A stretch of DNA of 64,000 nt, taken from NCBI GenBank assembly GCA_951406725.2, contig OX597823.1, forward strand, positions 32,674,001 to 32,738,000, given 5' to 3'. How positions within the stretch are numbered: the first letter of the stretch is position 1; the number at the start of each line of letters is the position of its first letter. The notes under the pieces were generated by a model, which searched no databases, was not told the DNA's origin, and saw only the letters and a list, made by a program, of their open reading frames with translations. This document shows, in pieces, positions 27,061 to 41,691 of the stretch. A program made the translations under genes and the position numbers. The DNA comes from Octopus vulgaris (lineage: Eukaryota).

Positions 27061-27427
27061 GGAATAAAGATTGTTTGCCAACATAACATGGCAGTCCTGG
27101 TTTAGGATGAATGTTGCTGTAATTTAGCCCCAGCAGACATTGTCTCCAGCTGTGTATCACGATTTCTGCATTATTTCTCTTCATCACCACGGAAATTGCG
27201 ATACACAGATATTGTTTTGAGCTGTGTGGGGGTACTAGATTCCCTTTGAAAATATAAGGACACAAATCATATCATATAGCCAGCTGGAGATGATGTCTCT
27301 TGGATCTAAATTACAGCAACATTCGTCCTAAACCAGGACTGTCATATTATGTTGGCAAACAATCTTTACTCCAAAGTACTGTTGCTGAATCTCTCTCATT
27401 GTGAGATTTACAAATAGTAATTTTCTA
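27061..27427 (+). mobile_element. Penelope-type insertion (family P1), rearranged inverted pair
   Basis: Same sequence as 7981-8500. The tail is on the right arm. Two broken hammerhead halves face each other at 27150-27210. 12-bp TSD atgtaagcagta (27049-27060) / atgtaggcagta (27428-27439). Confidence 0.75.
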
Positions 27428-28609
27428 ATGTAGGCAGTAATCCATTATAACTCATAATTGGGCTTTGTAGAGGGTCAGAGCAAGATCATGGCTAAAGTAT
27501 TTTCTGACCTAAAAGAGGAAGACCAGTGTTTTGCAATGCCAATTTGTGAGTGTAGTGTTTTATGTGTGAGAATGATGTCATAGAAGGATTCTCAAATTTT
27601 CTATTTGCATTATAATATACACATGGTTAATCAAGATGTTCTGGACATAAATGAATTGATGCTTTATATAAAGGAGATGGAGATGTATAATGAAAACTTG
27701 GTTTTCATGCTGACTCCATACAGCAAAGGTCATAGTACAGTGGAAATTACCATTACCATTTTAACATCCACTTTTCCATACTTGCATGGGTCAACTGGAG
27801 TTTATTGAGGTAGATTTTCTATAACTAGACACCCTTTCTGTAACCAACCCTCACTTGTTTACTTCAAGGTAATATTTCTCATTGGTCAGATGTGTTTTCC
27901 ACAGAAGACTGGAAGCAAGCAACTTCACTTATATGATGGTGATGTAAAATCTGTTGAAGAATCTTAGGTAGTAGCTACCATTACTCACAAGAAATAGAAT
28001 CTCCTATATTTATTTTAATTTCAACCAGATCTTCTCTTAAAAAAGTGTTTGTCATACAAGAATTATTATTTTTGTAAGGTATGTGTCTGTCTACCTCAAC
28101 TTAACCTTGGTCTCTTTCTACCAAGCACTTCAAATCTATATTCAAGATCTCTGACCTGTATTCTCTTGACTGGCTCAGAAGTCTCATTCCTTATATATAC
28201 CCAATTATCCTACACAGGCATGTTAAATATTCACATGTTTGTAATATACATATGCTAATTATATATGTGCAGTTGACATATACAAGTATGTTAAATATGC
28301 ATCTAATTATCATATGCAAATATTACTATATACATATTTAATAATACACACATACTAATATTTACCTATTTGACATATACACACATAACAATATGTCTAG
28401 TTATCATAAATACATCCTAATATATATCTATTTAACATACATATATAGCTGATTATTATACAAAGGCAGCTTAAATATACCATTTAGTTATTTTATACAT
28501 ACCTATTTAATACACATACTAATGTACACTTAGTTATTGTAAACATTTTGATATATGTTTAGTTATTAAATACTCATGTAATTATAGCTACTTAAAATAT
28601 ATGCACATA

Positions 28610-29018
28610 GGCACAGACGTGGCTTTTGTTGTAAGTAGCTTGCTTCCCTACCACATGGTTCCAGGTTCAGTCCCACTGCTTGGCATCTTGAGCAAGTGTT
28701 TTCTACTGTAGCCTCAGGCCAATCAAACCTTATGAGTGAATTTGGTAAACGGAAACTGAAAGAAGCTCATCATCTATATATATATATATATGCATGTGTG
28801 TGCGCATGTTTGTGTGTCTGTTTGTCCCACCAACATTGCTTGACAACTGATGCTGGTTTGTTTACGTCCCCATAACTTAGTGGTTCGGCAAAAGAGACCA
28901 ATAGAATAAGTACTAGGCTTACAAAGAATAAGTCCTGGGGTCGATTTACTTGACTAAAGGCAGTGCTCCAGTGTGGCCACAGTCAAATGACTGAAACAAG
29001 TGAAAGAAAAAAAGAATA
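28610..29018 (+). mobile_element. tRNA-derived SINE family A, near full length
   Basis: Same organisation as 41692-42090. Confidence 0.85.
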
Positions 29019-29089
29019 CATATACATGCCTTGTTATCTTGCACATTTACTAATATATACCTATGTCTGCAAATGTATCTCCCTCTAAT

Positions 29090-29810
29090 ATATTCACAAA
29101 CTGCTGGCAATATGTGGAGAGCTTAGCAGCTAGATACAGAGAACCAAGTAATGTGAGAGCCTGGCAATTATGTTGAACCTCTCAGAAATCACTTGTTTTG
29201 AACAAGTCAGATGACTCCTCAGATCTTTGAGCTTGTGTCTTTTAGCTACCCACCGCTTTACCAACTAGAGAGATTGCTTAAATTATCAGCAGGGAATTTA
29301 ATTGGAGACACCTCTGTACACTATGTCACTATTCTTTGAACTGATTGTAGGAATGGTATACCATGATATATACATATGGAAGATTCTTGAAAACATAGTT
29401 TCAAACTTTGGTGTAAAAGCTAAGGAGGTAGGAGATATTGTTAGATCCCAGCACTCATTTAGACCCTCACGTTAGGGACCTATTCAACAACAGATTGGTG
29501 TTAAAAGTCCTGAGCTGAAGCAATATCTCCCAAAAGCATTGGAAAATTTAATTGAAGAGTTTTCACTGAGACATTTAGATGTATCTTGATGCATTTCTCT
29601 TTAACAAAATAGATCAGTCATTGGTTGAAAACTACAACCAAAACTTTGATTCACCAAACTGGTGATGCTATGTACAGTGAAAAACACAATACACATGTTG
29701 GATCCCTGGACATAAACAGAGGCAACACAAAAGGCAGAATATTCAACTGTGAAGATGTTGATACAAAATGGCCTTGGCCATGAGGGCTAAAACAAACTGA
29801 AGAACCCTGT
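29090..29810 (+). mobile_element. Degraded LINE fragment with an RNase H-like motif
   Basis: tgttggatccctggacat...ggcaac gives CWIPGH...GN (about 29696-29730), typical of RNase H in I/Ingi/R1-group LINEs. The rest is heavily decayed. Confidence 0.45.
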
Positions 29811-31657
29811 TATTATATATACTAATGTATTCTTTTATACATGTAGACAAACATATATCCAGTTATATATACATGTATGCACTGATAAATGCTTGGCTAT
29901 CATACATACTAATACATTCTGTTATAGACACACAGGCTAATATATACCCAGTTATTATACTTGTATACACTATCATGTAAGCACACACACTTGTATGTGT
30001 CCATTTATCATACATGCTAATATATTATACTCTCACAGAGTAATATATACCCTGTTAGTATATATGCACTCACTAATATATATTTATCATACATGTATAT
30101 GCACACATATCCCATTATCACACATACTAATATATTCTGTTATAGACACACAGACTAACATATACCCAGTTATATGTGCAAACATATATATGTGTAGTGG
30201 CGCACACACACATCCAGTTACTCTATTCAAGTATCTAGAATTACACCTAGGTTGTTGATGTATTTTGATATGACCAGTCACACAAGCTGGCTCCAGTATT
30301 TACATTATCATCAAGCATGACTAGTTAGACCAGCTGACTCCAGTATTTACATTATCATCATTTTGGTGTCTCTTTTTCCATGCTAATATGGGTTGGACAC
30401 ATCTGCTGTACAGAATGTTGCCATAAGTGTTAATCTTTTACAATGACATACATATTATTCTTAATACATTCTGACAGATTTGAACATGAATATGCTAATT
30501 GCTGTTGTTTTATCACTGAACAACCTCTTGTTTATGATGAATGTGTGTTCATAATACACTTGATTCATAATCACAAGGATTCTAGGACACCTAGTGTTTC
30601 AACGTTTCAACATTGCTGTATCTCATCAGCCAAAGACACCCTTGATAATGAATTTAACAAGACTCTGGAGCTCTTGTTTATAACTTCAGCAATCTACTAC
30701 TTTCTGCCAGTTAACAATGAATCGTTGTATGCAAGGTGAACAGTGAGAATCAAAATAATGATTTGTATATTTGGTCTTTATACATTTTAGCAGACCCTGT
30801 TATGAGAGATCTAACCTCAAACACTTCAAGTCTTTCTCAGCCTTTCTTACAAGCAGCTCATGGTGCATTTTACCTATCGTCCTTTTACATCACATATTCG
30901 CACCACTGCAGTCAGCTCTCCTACAAACTTCCACTGCTATTTTTAATGTCCAGTCACTTTCTTACTACCTTACCTGTAAGCCACACTTCATGTAGGTTAA
31001 CATTACACATCCAACATATTGTACTCACCTCATTGTCAATCTTCACAGATGGTCCATATTTATTGTCTCTTATCTCACCACCATATAACATCACACTTCT
31101 TATAGTTTATATCTTTTATACACACACACACACATAGAGATCCTTTGTTCTGATTTACTCCCAGGTCGACCCTGAACAAAAGTATTCCAGCCATGACTAT
31201 TTCATCTATTTTTATGAGCAGCAAACCCAAAATCATGCTATGTCAAATGTCCTTTTCTAAATCGGTATTGGGTGAATTGAAGGGATTAGGCTGCTATTTC
31301 TAACAAATCAAGTGAGTATGTAGGGGTTCCTTCGATGTCACAAGAGTGTTTTTTGTTGACACAAGCAACAACTGCCCAAACTTCTCTTATTTTCGTTACA
31401 ATACTCTCACAAATGAAACTTTCGACAACATTTAGTACCAGCGGTTGATGGCTTTATTTCATGGCTGCTTTCATTGTTAACATTTCTGTTACGTAAAGGC
31501 AAAGGCTTTAAGAAGATTGCTGTCCAACCACATGATTTCGGGTTCCATTTTACTATATGATACCTAAAGCAAATGTCTTCTGTTATAAGCCCAGGTTGAT
31601 TAAAACCTTATGAGTGAGTCTGGCAGACGGAAACTGAAGAAAGCCTGTCAATATGTG

Positions 31658-31705
<48 letters not shown>

Positions 31706-31710
<5 letters not shown>

Positions 31711-32765
31711 AGTGAATAAATTGTCGTCTAAATTGCACAAAAATGAAAATAACATTGATATCTCATTTTAACAGTTATACTTACCAAAATTACATAAAAA
31801 TATCTTGAAATACTAAAGAGTAAATTTATTTAATAGAATTGTCATTGGCTTTAACCACGGCCTCCAGATGACTTCGGAATCTCCTGCAACTCTTCTGGAC
31901 AGTCTCCTTGCTTAAGTTGGTGAATGCTGCCATAATCCTTGCTTTCAGTTTATTTTTGGTGTTACAAAGAGTTTTGTTGGCCTCTTGCTTAACTGCACCC
32001 TACACATAATAATTGAGAGGGTTGCAGTCTGGGGAGTTAAGTTGCCTGATGTGGTCGCAAAAATTGCCTGACAGCCATGACTGGGTACTCCTGCTTGTGT
32101 GACATGGTGCAGAGTTGTATTGCTAGATATAGGGTCTTCCAGCAGCCACCCTCTTCACCCAGTGCAGCACTACCTCCTCCAGGCACTTTATGTAAACCTC
32201 TGTTGAGTATGAGGCCGTGTGAGAATATGAATGGGGTCATAATGTCACCATCACTAGTGATCACTCCAAACACCATGATGTTGACTGGATGTTTAATTTT
32301 TATCACTCTTAGTACATGTTTTGAGGACACAGCAAGCCAATGGTTGTTCTATGTGTTCACCATCTAATCCTAGCAGAAATTTTTCTCTTCTGAGAAAAAC
32401 TGAAGCATGTTTGCTTGGTGGGGATGTTTGAATTTGTTCAAAAGCTTTGTAGTGCAATCTTTCCTCTTGTCCTTGATGGCTTGGGATACAAATTGGCCCT
32501 TTCTCATCTTGAATGAAGAATTCTGAATGTCTTTATGCACTAGCTGCCTGATAAGAAACTCAGACACTCCCATGTCCCTGGTAATGGACCTGATTGTCTT
32601 GGAGGGATCGTTGTCAACCAGGACCAGGATCTCACCAACAAATTCAGGAGTTCTTTTCTTATCAGAACCATCAAAGTGAGTTTTCAGAGCTGCCATACCT
32701 TCGTAATCACCATTAGACTCATCCAACTCTTTCTGAATCCTCTACACCGTCCTCAGATTAATGTT
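31706..32765 (-). mobile_element. Tc1/mariner-superfamily (maT/DD37D-like) transposon relic, 5' truncated
   Basis: ORFs 32370..32726 (HTH-like SIRSITRDMGVSEFLIRQLV; FFSEEKNF) and 32037..32330 (KHPVNIMVFGVITSDG); NSPDCNPLNYYV*G motif near 32000-32040; end next to a (TA)n tract. Confidence 0.85.
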
Positions 32766-33394
32766 TGACAGATATGATGTGCTTTATATTTTAAGGAAAT
32801 AAAAGATGAATTAAAGTTACAAAACTTATTCGTATATATAAAATAACTACACTTTTCATTGTCCGACCACCAAAGTTATTTACCAATTGAGATTATTTTC
32901 ATTTCTTTCAGTTCATTTCAGCTACATATCTACCTGTATATCTTCTAATAATATTTTTCTCTATCTCCATATTTGTTGACATATCTGTACACTCCATTAC
33001 ATACTTATCTACCCATCTAGCTAACTGACTAATTAACTATCATATCTCTATTTCCTTCTGTATATGTTTGCTCTCATAATACCAATAAGTATTTAAACTT
33101 GTAACAGAAAGAAAAAATAAATTATAGCAGTGTCTTAGGTTGGGAACATGTAAAAGATAAAAGTGTAACATCCACAGCTATCTGCTAACTAAGGTTATTT
33201 ATTTCACTTTAATTTAACTATCTCTATAGTTAAATTTGATGCATAAATTTATAAATCTTCATGACATTGTTTCACTATAATAAACGTTTCACTGTGCCTG
33301 TGATTTGATCACACAAATGTAAAGTAATAGAAACCATTTCCCTCTCAATCTCTCTCTCTTTTCGTCTCCCTCCTCCTCCCCTCTCTCTCTCTCT

Positions 33395-33424
33395 AGATAT
33401 ATATATAAATATATATATATAAAT

Positions 33425-33491
<67 letters not shown>
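33395..33491. repeat. (TA)n microsatellite, representative of many (TA)n, (TG)n, (AAT)n and (GAT)n tracts
   Basis: Directly visible. Others at 436-464, 19378-19413, 20962-21005, 31665-31702, 34432-34479, 49676-49795, 50223-50266 and 59704-59735. Confidence 0.95.
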
Positions 33492-33494
<3 letters not shown>

Positions 33495-34429
33495 ACCTGA
33501 CTGGTCCCATGCCGGTGGCACAAAAAAGTACCATTTGACTGTGCTCATTGCCAGTCCTGCTTGACTGGCTCCTGTACTGCTGGCATGTAAAAGGCACCAT
33601 TCAAGCGTGGTTGATGTCAGTGCTGCCTGATTGGTTCCCATGCTGATAACATGTTAAAAGCACCCACTACACTCTTGGAGTGGTTGGTGTTAGGAAGAGC
33701 ATCCAGCTGTAGAAACTTTACCAGATTGGATTGGAGCAGATTGGCTTCTGGCTCACCAGTCCTCATTCAAACCATCCAACCCATGCCAGCATGGAAAGCA
33801 GATGTGAAACGATGATAATATATATATATATATGAAGAAAGAAAGAGGGAGAGGCAATTATGCAGATAAACAGCTTGGAGTTGATATACAAAATATGTGT
33901 ACATGCAAATAGTAAGAAAGCAAAGACAGAAGACTTTCAAACAATGAATATGTAAGTATAAACATATAGACATTTATATATTAATAGATCAAATGTACAC
34001 AGAGACAAATGACAGTGAAAATTAATGGGAAGGAGGTAAGGTATTACAAGTCCAACAGCTGTTGGACTTACCTTACTTCCTTCCTTTCATTTTCTTTGTT
34101 GTTTATATTCTGTGTAAGTTTAGTCTATCAAAAATATAAAAATATCTGTATATTTTATGCTTAAACATTCATTGACTGAAAAATCTTCAATTTTCACTTT
34201 CTTTCTGTTATTATGTTTCATCATCATCATCATCGTTTAACATCCACTCTCCATACTGGCATGGGTTGGACGGTTTGACTGAGGTCTGGAGAGCGGCTGC
34301 ATCAGATTCCAATCTGATCTGGCAATGTTTCTACAACTGAATGCCCTTCCTAATCCCAACCACTCCGAAAGTGTAGTGGGTGCTTTTTACATGCCACCAG
34401 CACAGAATCCAGTCAGACAGTCCTGGCAT

Positions 34430-34481
<52 letters not shown>

Positions 34482-34682
34482 AGATGTTATACTTAATTTG
34501 TTTAGCTGTATAATTGCCTCCATATTTGCTCACTTTGATTCCTCTTATAACCACTCTTTACCCCATGGAATTGGTCCCCCTTAAAGATATCAGAATCTAA
34601 ATTTGGATTATTTCAGCACTACTAAGTGTTTACTGTACCGAGAATCTCTGGATCTTATCTGTTGACTATATGTGTGTGTGTG

Positions 34683-34714
<32 letters not shown>

Positions 34715-37700
34715 TTACACAAATACACACAGGTGAGGAGCTGGTAGAAACGTTAGCGCACCGGGCGAAATGCTTTGCGGTATTTCATCTGTCATTACGT
34801 TCTGAGTTCAAATTGTATGTATATAATTGAAATTTATAGAAAAGCAAAAAAGACAAAGAAAGGTATTTGAACAACAAGCAGGTATTAGTTTGACACTCAG
34901 GAAAGTGAGAAAGTCTTTTATGTTTCAAGCTTGCACTCTTCAACAGAAAGGAATAAGAGAAAATAAAGAGAGAGAGAATAAAAAAAAAAATTGTGGATTT
35001 AGTGGTCAAGCATGGTGACTATATATATAGTTTTCCATTTATGTTGTTACCTCCCTTGGTATAAGCTTAACACACAGACGAAACAGTCACACAGGAATGT
35101 GTAGAATAATAAGTAAAAAAAATCATATATATTCATGTGTGTGTGTGTGTATGTTTGTATCAATAATTCTAAACAAGCATCAACATCATACAAGCAGTGT
35201 CCTTCGTATCTGATTTACTGTAAAAACTTTTTTGGCCTTGGGAAAATATTATTTCACGTGGAGACAAGTGAGGACTGGCAACAGGAAAGGCATCCAGCTG
35301 TAGAAAATCTGCCTCAGCAAATTCTATTTGCTTGTTGCTAAAATGATAATGATGATGGTCTATTATCCTGGTTCTCTGTCAAAAATACCGCTGCACCCAT
35401 TGTTTTTCCCCGAGTACACAGTATTGAGTTTCTATCTAATTTATTTATTCACACAGATCAAGGCTATTATTTAGATGGTCTAGTGATTCTGTTCTCTGTC
35501 TATCACTTTGGGTTTTTGTCTGAGAGATTTGGACTATGATCATTCTTTCTGATTTTGAACTTTGCCCGATGGCAATAGGGAAAAAGAACAGATTACCATC
35601 ATATAAAAGTTACTTTTAGGGACCAGTCTTATGCAGGTATTTCTTAAAGCAATCCCACCACCTCCCAAAATAGATGAAGGCCTGAAATATTCCAGATGAA
35701 GTTTCTACATTCAGTAATGGTACTCTGCCAAAGACCATTTGTTTCCTCCATCCATTGTGGTTGCTATCCTACAAAGCATTGAAGTCTTTTACTATTTTCT
35801 TCCTTACAACATGAAAACTGTAGTAAAATAGTTGTCTTGATAATATTCTTGGTTATAAATATCCTATCAGTTGGAACACAGACACCACTTCAACTCACAA
35901 CTCAAATGTTCATTGTAGTAGTAGTAGTTGTAGTCGTAATCATCTCTATGGTCTTTATATATACTAATTATACTAATTACAACTATTCCTCTAACCCTTT
36001 GGAAAACTTTCTAGTTTTTCTTCTACTTTTTCCTGGTATTTCCTTTTTTTTTTTTTTTTTTTCAATTCTTAGTAAATAATGTCTTCCTTTATCATTTTAC
36101 TTTCAAATTTGACTTTTCACATACACAAATATTTTGATATTTACATTTTTTCTTTATGTTCAGTATTGGAAGAGTTGACCAATTTACCATTCCTCTTAGA
36201 TTGGGTTGTTTAAAAAAAAAAAGAAAGAAAAAAAAAACTAGACTATTGTATGTTTGCTATGAATAACTTTTCTATCCAACACAAGGAACAATAAACAATG
36301 TTGCTATCTTCAACATTGCAACCTTCAACCATATTCCAGTGTTATTGTGATGCTGCTATACACATTTACCATAATTGCCAGAAAACCTGGAGATATAATA
36401 AAATATAAGTGGGTAGGAAGAATTTCAAATTTTTTGGCCAATATAATAGTACATAATGATGATGATGATTTCTTATATTAGGCACAAGGCCAAACATTTT
36501 GGGGCAGGGTGGTCTTAATTAAATTGACCTTAGAACTAAACTGGTGTTTATTTTATCAGCTCTACAGGAATGAAAAGCAAATTAATAAATAAAAATACCT
36601 CTCTAAAATACATCAACCAACAAAACAGCTTCTCTGGCAGCCATGGCCTATTGCGGCTTTACAGGACTTTCTAAATGGCATGCCAGCCCAAAAAAATAAG
36701 CTTGAATTTTTCTAGAAACAGTGCAGCCTGCCTGATGATGAGCCATGTCTAATGTGGTTCCCTTCCCCAAAAAGGTTGCCCGTGCCTGCTCTATGGGGTG
36801 GGGGTGGGGTCATGATCTGCTAGATATAGCAGCCAAACCTCCCTCAAATTACGTTCATCATTGCCTTCATATTCATCATCATTTAATGTTCATTTTCATG
36901 TTGGTATGGGTTGGACAATTTAACAGGATGCAATGAGCTAAAGGACTGTGTTAAACTCCAATGTCTGTTTTGGCCTGGTTTCCATGGCTGGATGCCCTTC
37001 CTAATGCCAACCACTTTACAGAGTTGGTTGGGTGCTTTTTACATGCCACCAACACTAGTGAAGTTATTTGAGTAACTTGCAAAACAAAGTGGGGGTTGCT
37101 GTAGAGATTGGGGTCACTTTATGCATAGTGTTATCAGGCTGAGTATGATAGGGGGACAGGAACAGGTATCTTGTTATAGAAGATATACATGACTACCCCC
37201 AACCACATTATATAAGGGTGGGCATAGCTGGAAAGAAGACAATGATAGTGATGACCAAGGCATCAGAGCATACTCTCAAAATGTAAAAAGGTGAGTATAA
37301 GAGACTACAGACAGAGGATCAGGAAGAATGAATGAAATTAAATTGTGAGGAGAAAGTGAGAGATGGTTAGATATGAAAGTAGAGGTGAATGGAACAATGG
37401 TTGAGATATGGATGTTTGTTGAAATGAACCAATTGTAGATAAGGCTCCTGCTAGCTATAGCATATGGTCCCCTTTGTGGATATGATTCCACTGCGGAATA
37501 TGATCTCCTTTTGTTGGTTAATTCCCTTGGTCAAGTAGGTCCTCTAGTTGAAACAATCCAAATTTGCAAGATCAGATTTAACATACTGTGAGTATCTCTA
37601 GACAAAGACTGGCCAATGGTAGAAAGAGCTCAAGAAATGTATAAAATGTTAATTTAACATGTTTACTATAATGGGGTTTTTTTTTTATGAAAAAATAAAA

Positions 37701-39428
37701 CACTGAGGAAAATATATTTTACATTGTAATCAGAAATGAGTTTGTAGTGGGGAAGTATCCACAGTCCATATTACATGGTGCACTGTACCATTTAATATAC
37801 ATATATACATACATATATAATGGTAACAGTGTTTACTGTTAAATGCATACAAAGGTGCAGTGTTTACTATTAACTGTTGCATATGATGGTAAAGTATTTA
37901 TTGTCAGTATATGTAAGGATTCAGTGTTTCCTGTTAAACATGTTTCTTTTAAAATATATTACATATAACAGTGTTTACTATTATTTCCTCACAAAATGCA
38001 CAGCCTTTACTGCCAAATGTTATAAGCTCTATAAAAAGGTTGCCAAACAAAAGGGAGACAACATAGAGCTGCAAGGATTATTTAGTCTTGATGATGATGG
38101 CACAGCTTTTCACATCTATGCATCCATCCTAGCTTCTCTCCTCTCATGTGCTTTTTATGCCAATGAATGATGATGATGATGATTGGTTGGATGGGCCATG
38201 TCAGTTGGGCTCAGTGTATAGTTGGGGTTACTGCTCACCTAGATATGTTGGCAGACCACAACTGGTATGCATCTTTCATATTTGGCTTCTTTTCTGCAAC
38301 TTGATGCTCTTCCTAGCAACAACTACTTTCCAGATTATACAGAGTGCATTTTTATGGCAGTAGCACTAGAGTGATAGCTATGTGATGGACTTAATTTCCA
38401 GGAATTTCTTTTCTAATTCTACTTCAGATTCAGCTAAAAGAACAAGGTCAGCATATAGTGGTTCTGAGAGCATCCAGTCTTAAACTCCATTGTGAGTTGG
38501 AGGAGTATAAGAAGTGGGATAAGAACAAAGCCCTGGTGGACCCCAACCATCACACTAAATTCAATGCTATCTATAGTCATAAATTCATCTTCAAAAATGG
38601 TCCACACTCCAACAAGATAAGACAGCCACCAAATTCCCCCTACACACACATGCAGGCCCCCAAAACTGCACCCGCAAGAACCACTCCAAATTAATCATGT
38701 GGTATACCACACACCTAAACATACTTTGACAAACTAAAAGCAATCCTTTACCAAAACACATAATGCACTATTATCAACACAAAAGATAAAAACCAAAACC
38801 ATAAAACACAAATAAAAGCACCATATAACATGATAAGCAATCAAAAACCATTCTTGGCCACAGTCCACTCTGTAAAGTGGTTGGTGTTAGGAAGGGCATC
38901 CAGCTGGAGAAACCATACCAAACAGACAGAGGAGTTTGGTGTGACTCTTGGCCTTATCACTCCTGTCAAACTATCCACCCCCATGCCAGCATGGAAAATG
39001 GATGTGCAATGATGATGATAACAACCCCACCATAATATCACTATTTACAAACACAATACTCACATAAAAGGAAATTTTATATAAAAAACATACCAAAATA
39101 ACCTTATTTAGATTAACAGATAAATAAAACAAGTTCAAGCCACAACTTCTTCATCGACTAATATCAGATAACTACACACCATTCACCAAAAAAATAACCA
39201 GAGGTGATACAACAAAGTAACAGCCAATCAGCAAATGCATAAACCAACCAATAAACAGATACCAGGAAGAGACCACACACACACACATCCCAACTGCAAA
39301 TATACCACCCAAATGTGACAGCTTTCCTTGAAGATGAGGTTGGCATGAAATATGAGTTGAGAAATAAATATTGTTTCAATAAACTATATCAATATCTGTT
39401 TACAGAGTATGGGTGTTTTCGTTCACAG

Positions 39429-39454
39429 GTAATCTAAATGATCAGATATGCTAG
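39429..39454 (+). other. Candidate 26-nt micro-exon (possible alternative start, ATG CTA G) behind an AG|GT recursive-type site
   Basis: gtgttttcgttcacag|GTAATCTAAATGATCAGATATGCTAG|gtaagt. ATG at 39448 ends in phase 1, compatible with exon 50345 (M-L-V-C-N-F...). In-frame stops lie upstream of the ATG. Confidence 0.35.
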
Positions 39455-41691
39455 GTAAGTGCTGTAAAAGATTACTGTGGCTCCAAGATTATAGCTGAGA
39501 TGGTAGTTATGGAGTCATTGCAGATTTCCAATGCAGCAGATGTATATTTATTATACAGGACATCAAACATTAAGGCAAGGCAAACATCTCAATTCATATA
39601 CAATATTATTACAGGAAGAAATTTAAAATCTTACAGCTGTTTCTGGAATATCCTCAAGTATGGGATATTCCGTCATCAGAGACAAATTGGTGGGGGGGGT
39701 ATGAAAAATGTGAATGGTATATATCAATAAGATGATAATATGGAGGAAAGGAGGAAAAGAATAAGGAGATGGAAAGAGAGAAGAAAAAAGAGGCATAAAA
39801 GTTCATAGTTCAACTTTCCAAAGTTATAAAAACCAAAGCATGAGTCCTTAGATACAATCCTGCATATATCCATGAGTGTAAGTTTTTAGGTGCAATTCTG
39901 CGTAGATCCATGTGGGTTAAAGTCCTTATGTATATCTATCTATGTTTGTGTGAATGAGTTCATATTTCCCCTAATCCTTGTGTGTTTGCTGGCTGTAACT
40001 GACTATACAGGTGATGGCCATTTCTGGCAGTCAGCCACATAACTATGTCCAAGTTGTTTGTTGTTTGAAGTGCATCTGACTGTGGAAAATTTGCTTAAAA
40101 AATTCCATCTGACCTCATAGAAGCATGGTGAAGTGAACATTAAATAATGATGATGATGGTTTTAATCTTATAACTCTTGTGCCTATGTAATATTGATACT
40201 TCATCAAAGATTATCTTAGATTTCTAAGTCTAATTCAAATTTTACAGAGAAACTTCTGTTGACTTTATTGTAGACCCTTGCCCAACACAGTCTCAGCCTC
40301 AGTCTTTTACTCTCCCATGAAACACACCAGATGACTTTTGGCTGTAATATAGGAATCCAGTGTAGTTCAGTTTCTGTCAACATATTTCTCTTTCTCTTAA
40401 CACTTACATGAAAACAATGACCAAGTGAAAGATTCTTTATTTAGAAATACTGTCTGAAATTGAGTCTTGCATGGATTGGAAAGATTCCCAAATATCATGT
40501 AATATTCCTGTCAGTCTTTTTTGAGTTCTTGTTACTCCACAGGATTAGAAACATTAGCAATAAGATAATTAATCTACAATATTTATCTTACTTAAATGGT
40601 GATCATCAGTCAAGCAGATGTCTAAATAAACCCTAAGTATAAGCGCAGGCACAGCTGTGTGGCTTCAAGAAACTTGCTTCTCAGCCATGTTGTCTTGGAT
40701 TCAATCCCACTTCACAGCACCTTGGACAAGTGTCTTCTTTAGCCTGGGACAACCAAAGCTTTGTGAGTGGATTTGGTAGACAGAAGCTGAAAGAAACCTG
40801 TTGTGTGTGTTTATGTGTTTATGTGTTCTCTTGTCTAGAGTTCATGTGATGTTTGTAAGTAAGCATCATCATACAAATGAAGTGGTTCATTTTTCAGTCT
40901 TCTATGAAAATCCTGCCATGGGGATAAATTAGATTGTTTGGAAGCAGGTGAGGTTTGCCAACAGGAAGGGCATCCAGCTAGAAAATCTACCTCAACAAAA
41001 TCTGTCTGAACCATGGAAGCATGGAAAAGTGGATGTTAAATAGTGATGGTGATGATAATGATATAATTACACTTTCTATCATACATTATAACAAAATATA
41101 ATTTTTGTTTTACACCAGGGAGACCCAAACATGGAAACATGAACAATAAACATTCATTTTTTTTTAATCCCACTATTTCAGTATCTGTTTGCAACTCAAT
41201 GATATTTAGTTTCTATCTTTAAAAATTCTTTCAGTAGATATAATCAGTCATCAGTTCCATGTTAACTAAAAATGTATAGAATCCAAGAGAATTTACTTTT
41301 TATTTATTTAATATTTTGTTTATGTTATTGTTTGTAGTTATATTTTGTCAGACTACTGTCCTTATTCCCCTTTTATCTTTAACTATCAAATACCATATTC
41401 AAAGACATTCTTCATTTTCCACATAATTCTTCAGTTTTCCTTTTTTTGTATGTGTCTTTTTCTCCAAAATGATTTCTGCAATGAATATCTTATGGGACAA
41501 AGTTATTTATAGGAAGAATATTAATATTGCAAGTTGATCTGATTGTCTCTCTTCATTCAATCACTTTACTGACTGGTGTTTTTTGAAGACTGGATTTGAC
41601 AGAACTTCATTCCTAGAATAGGATTTAAAGAATATGAACCTTTTGTCAAAACAAAACAAAAAAAAAATTATTGCCTGTCACTTGTTAACCA

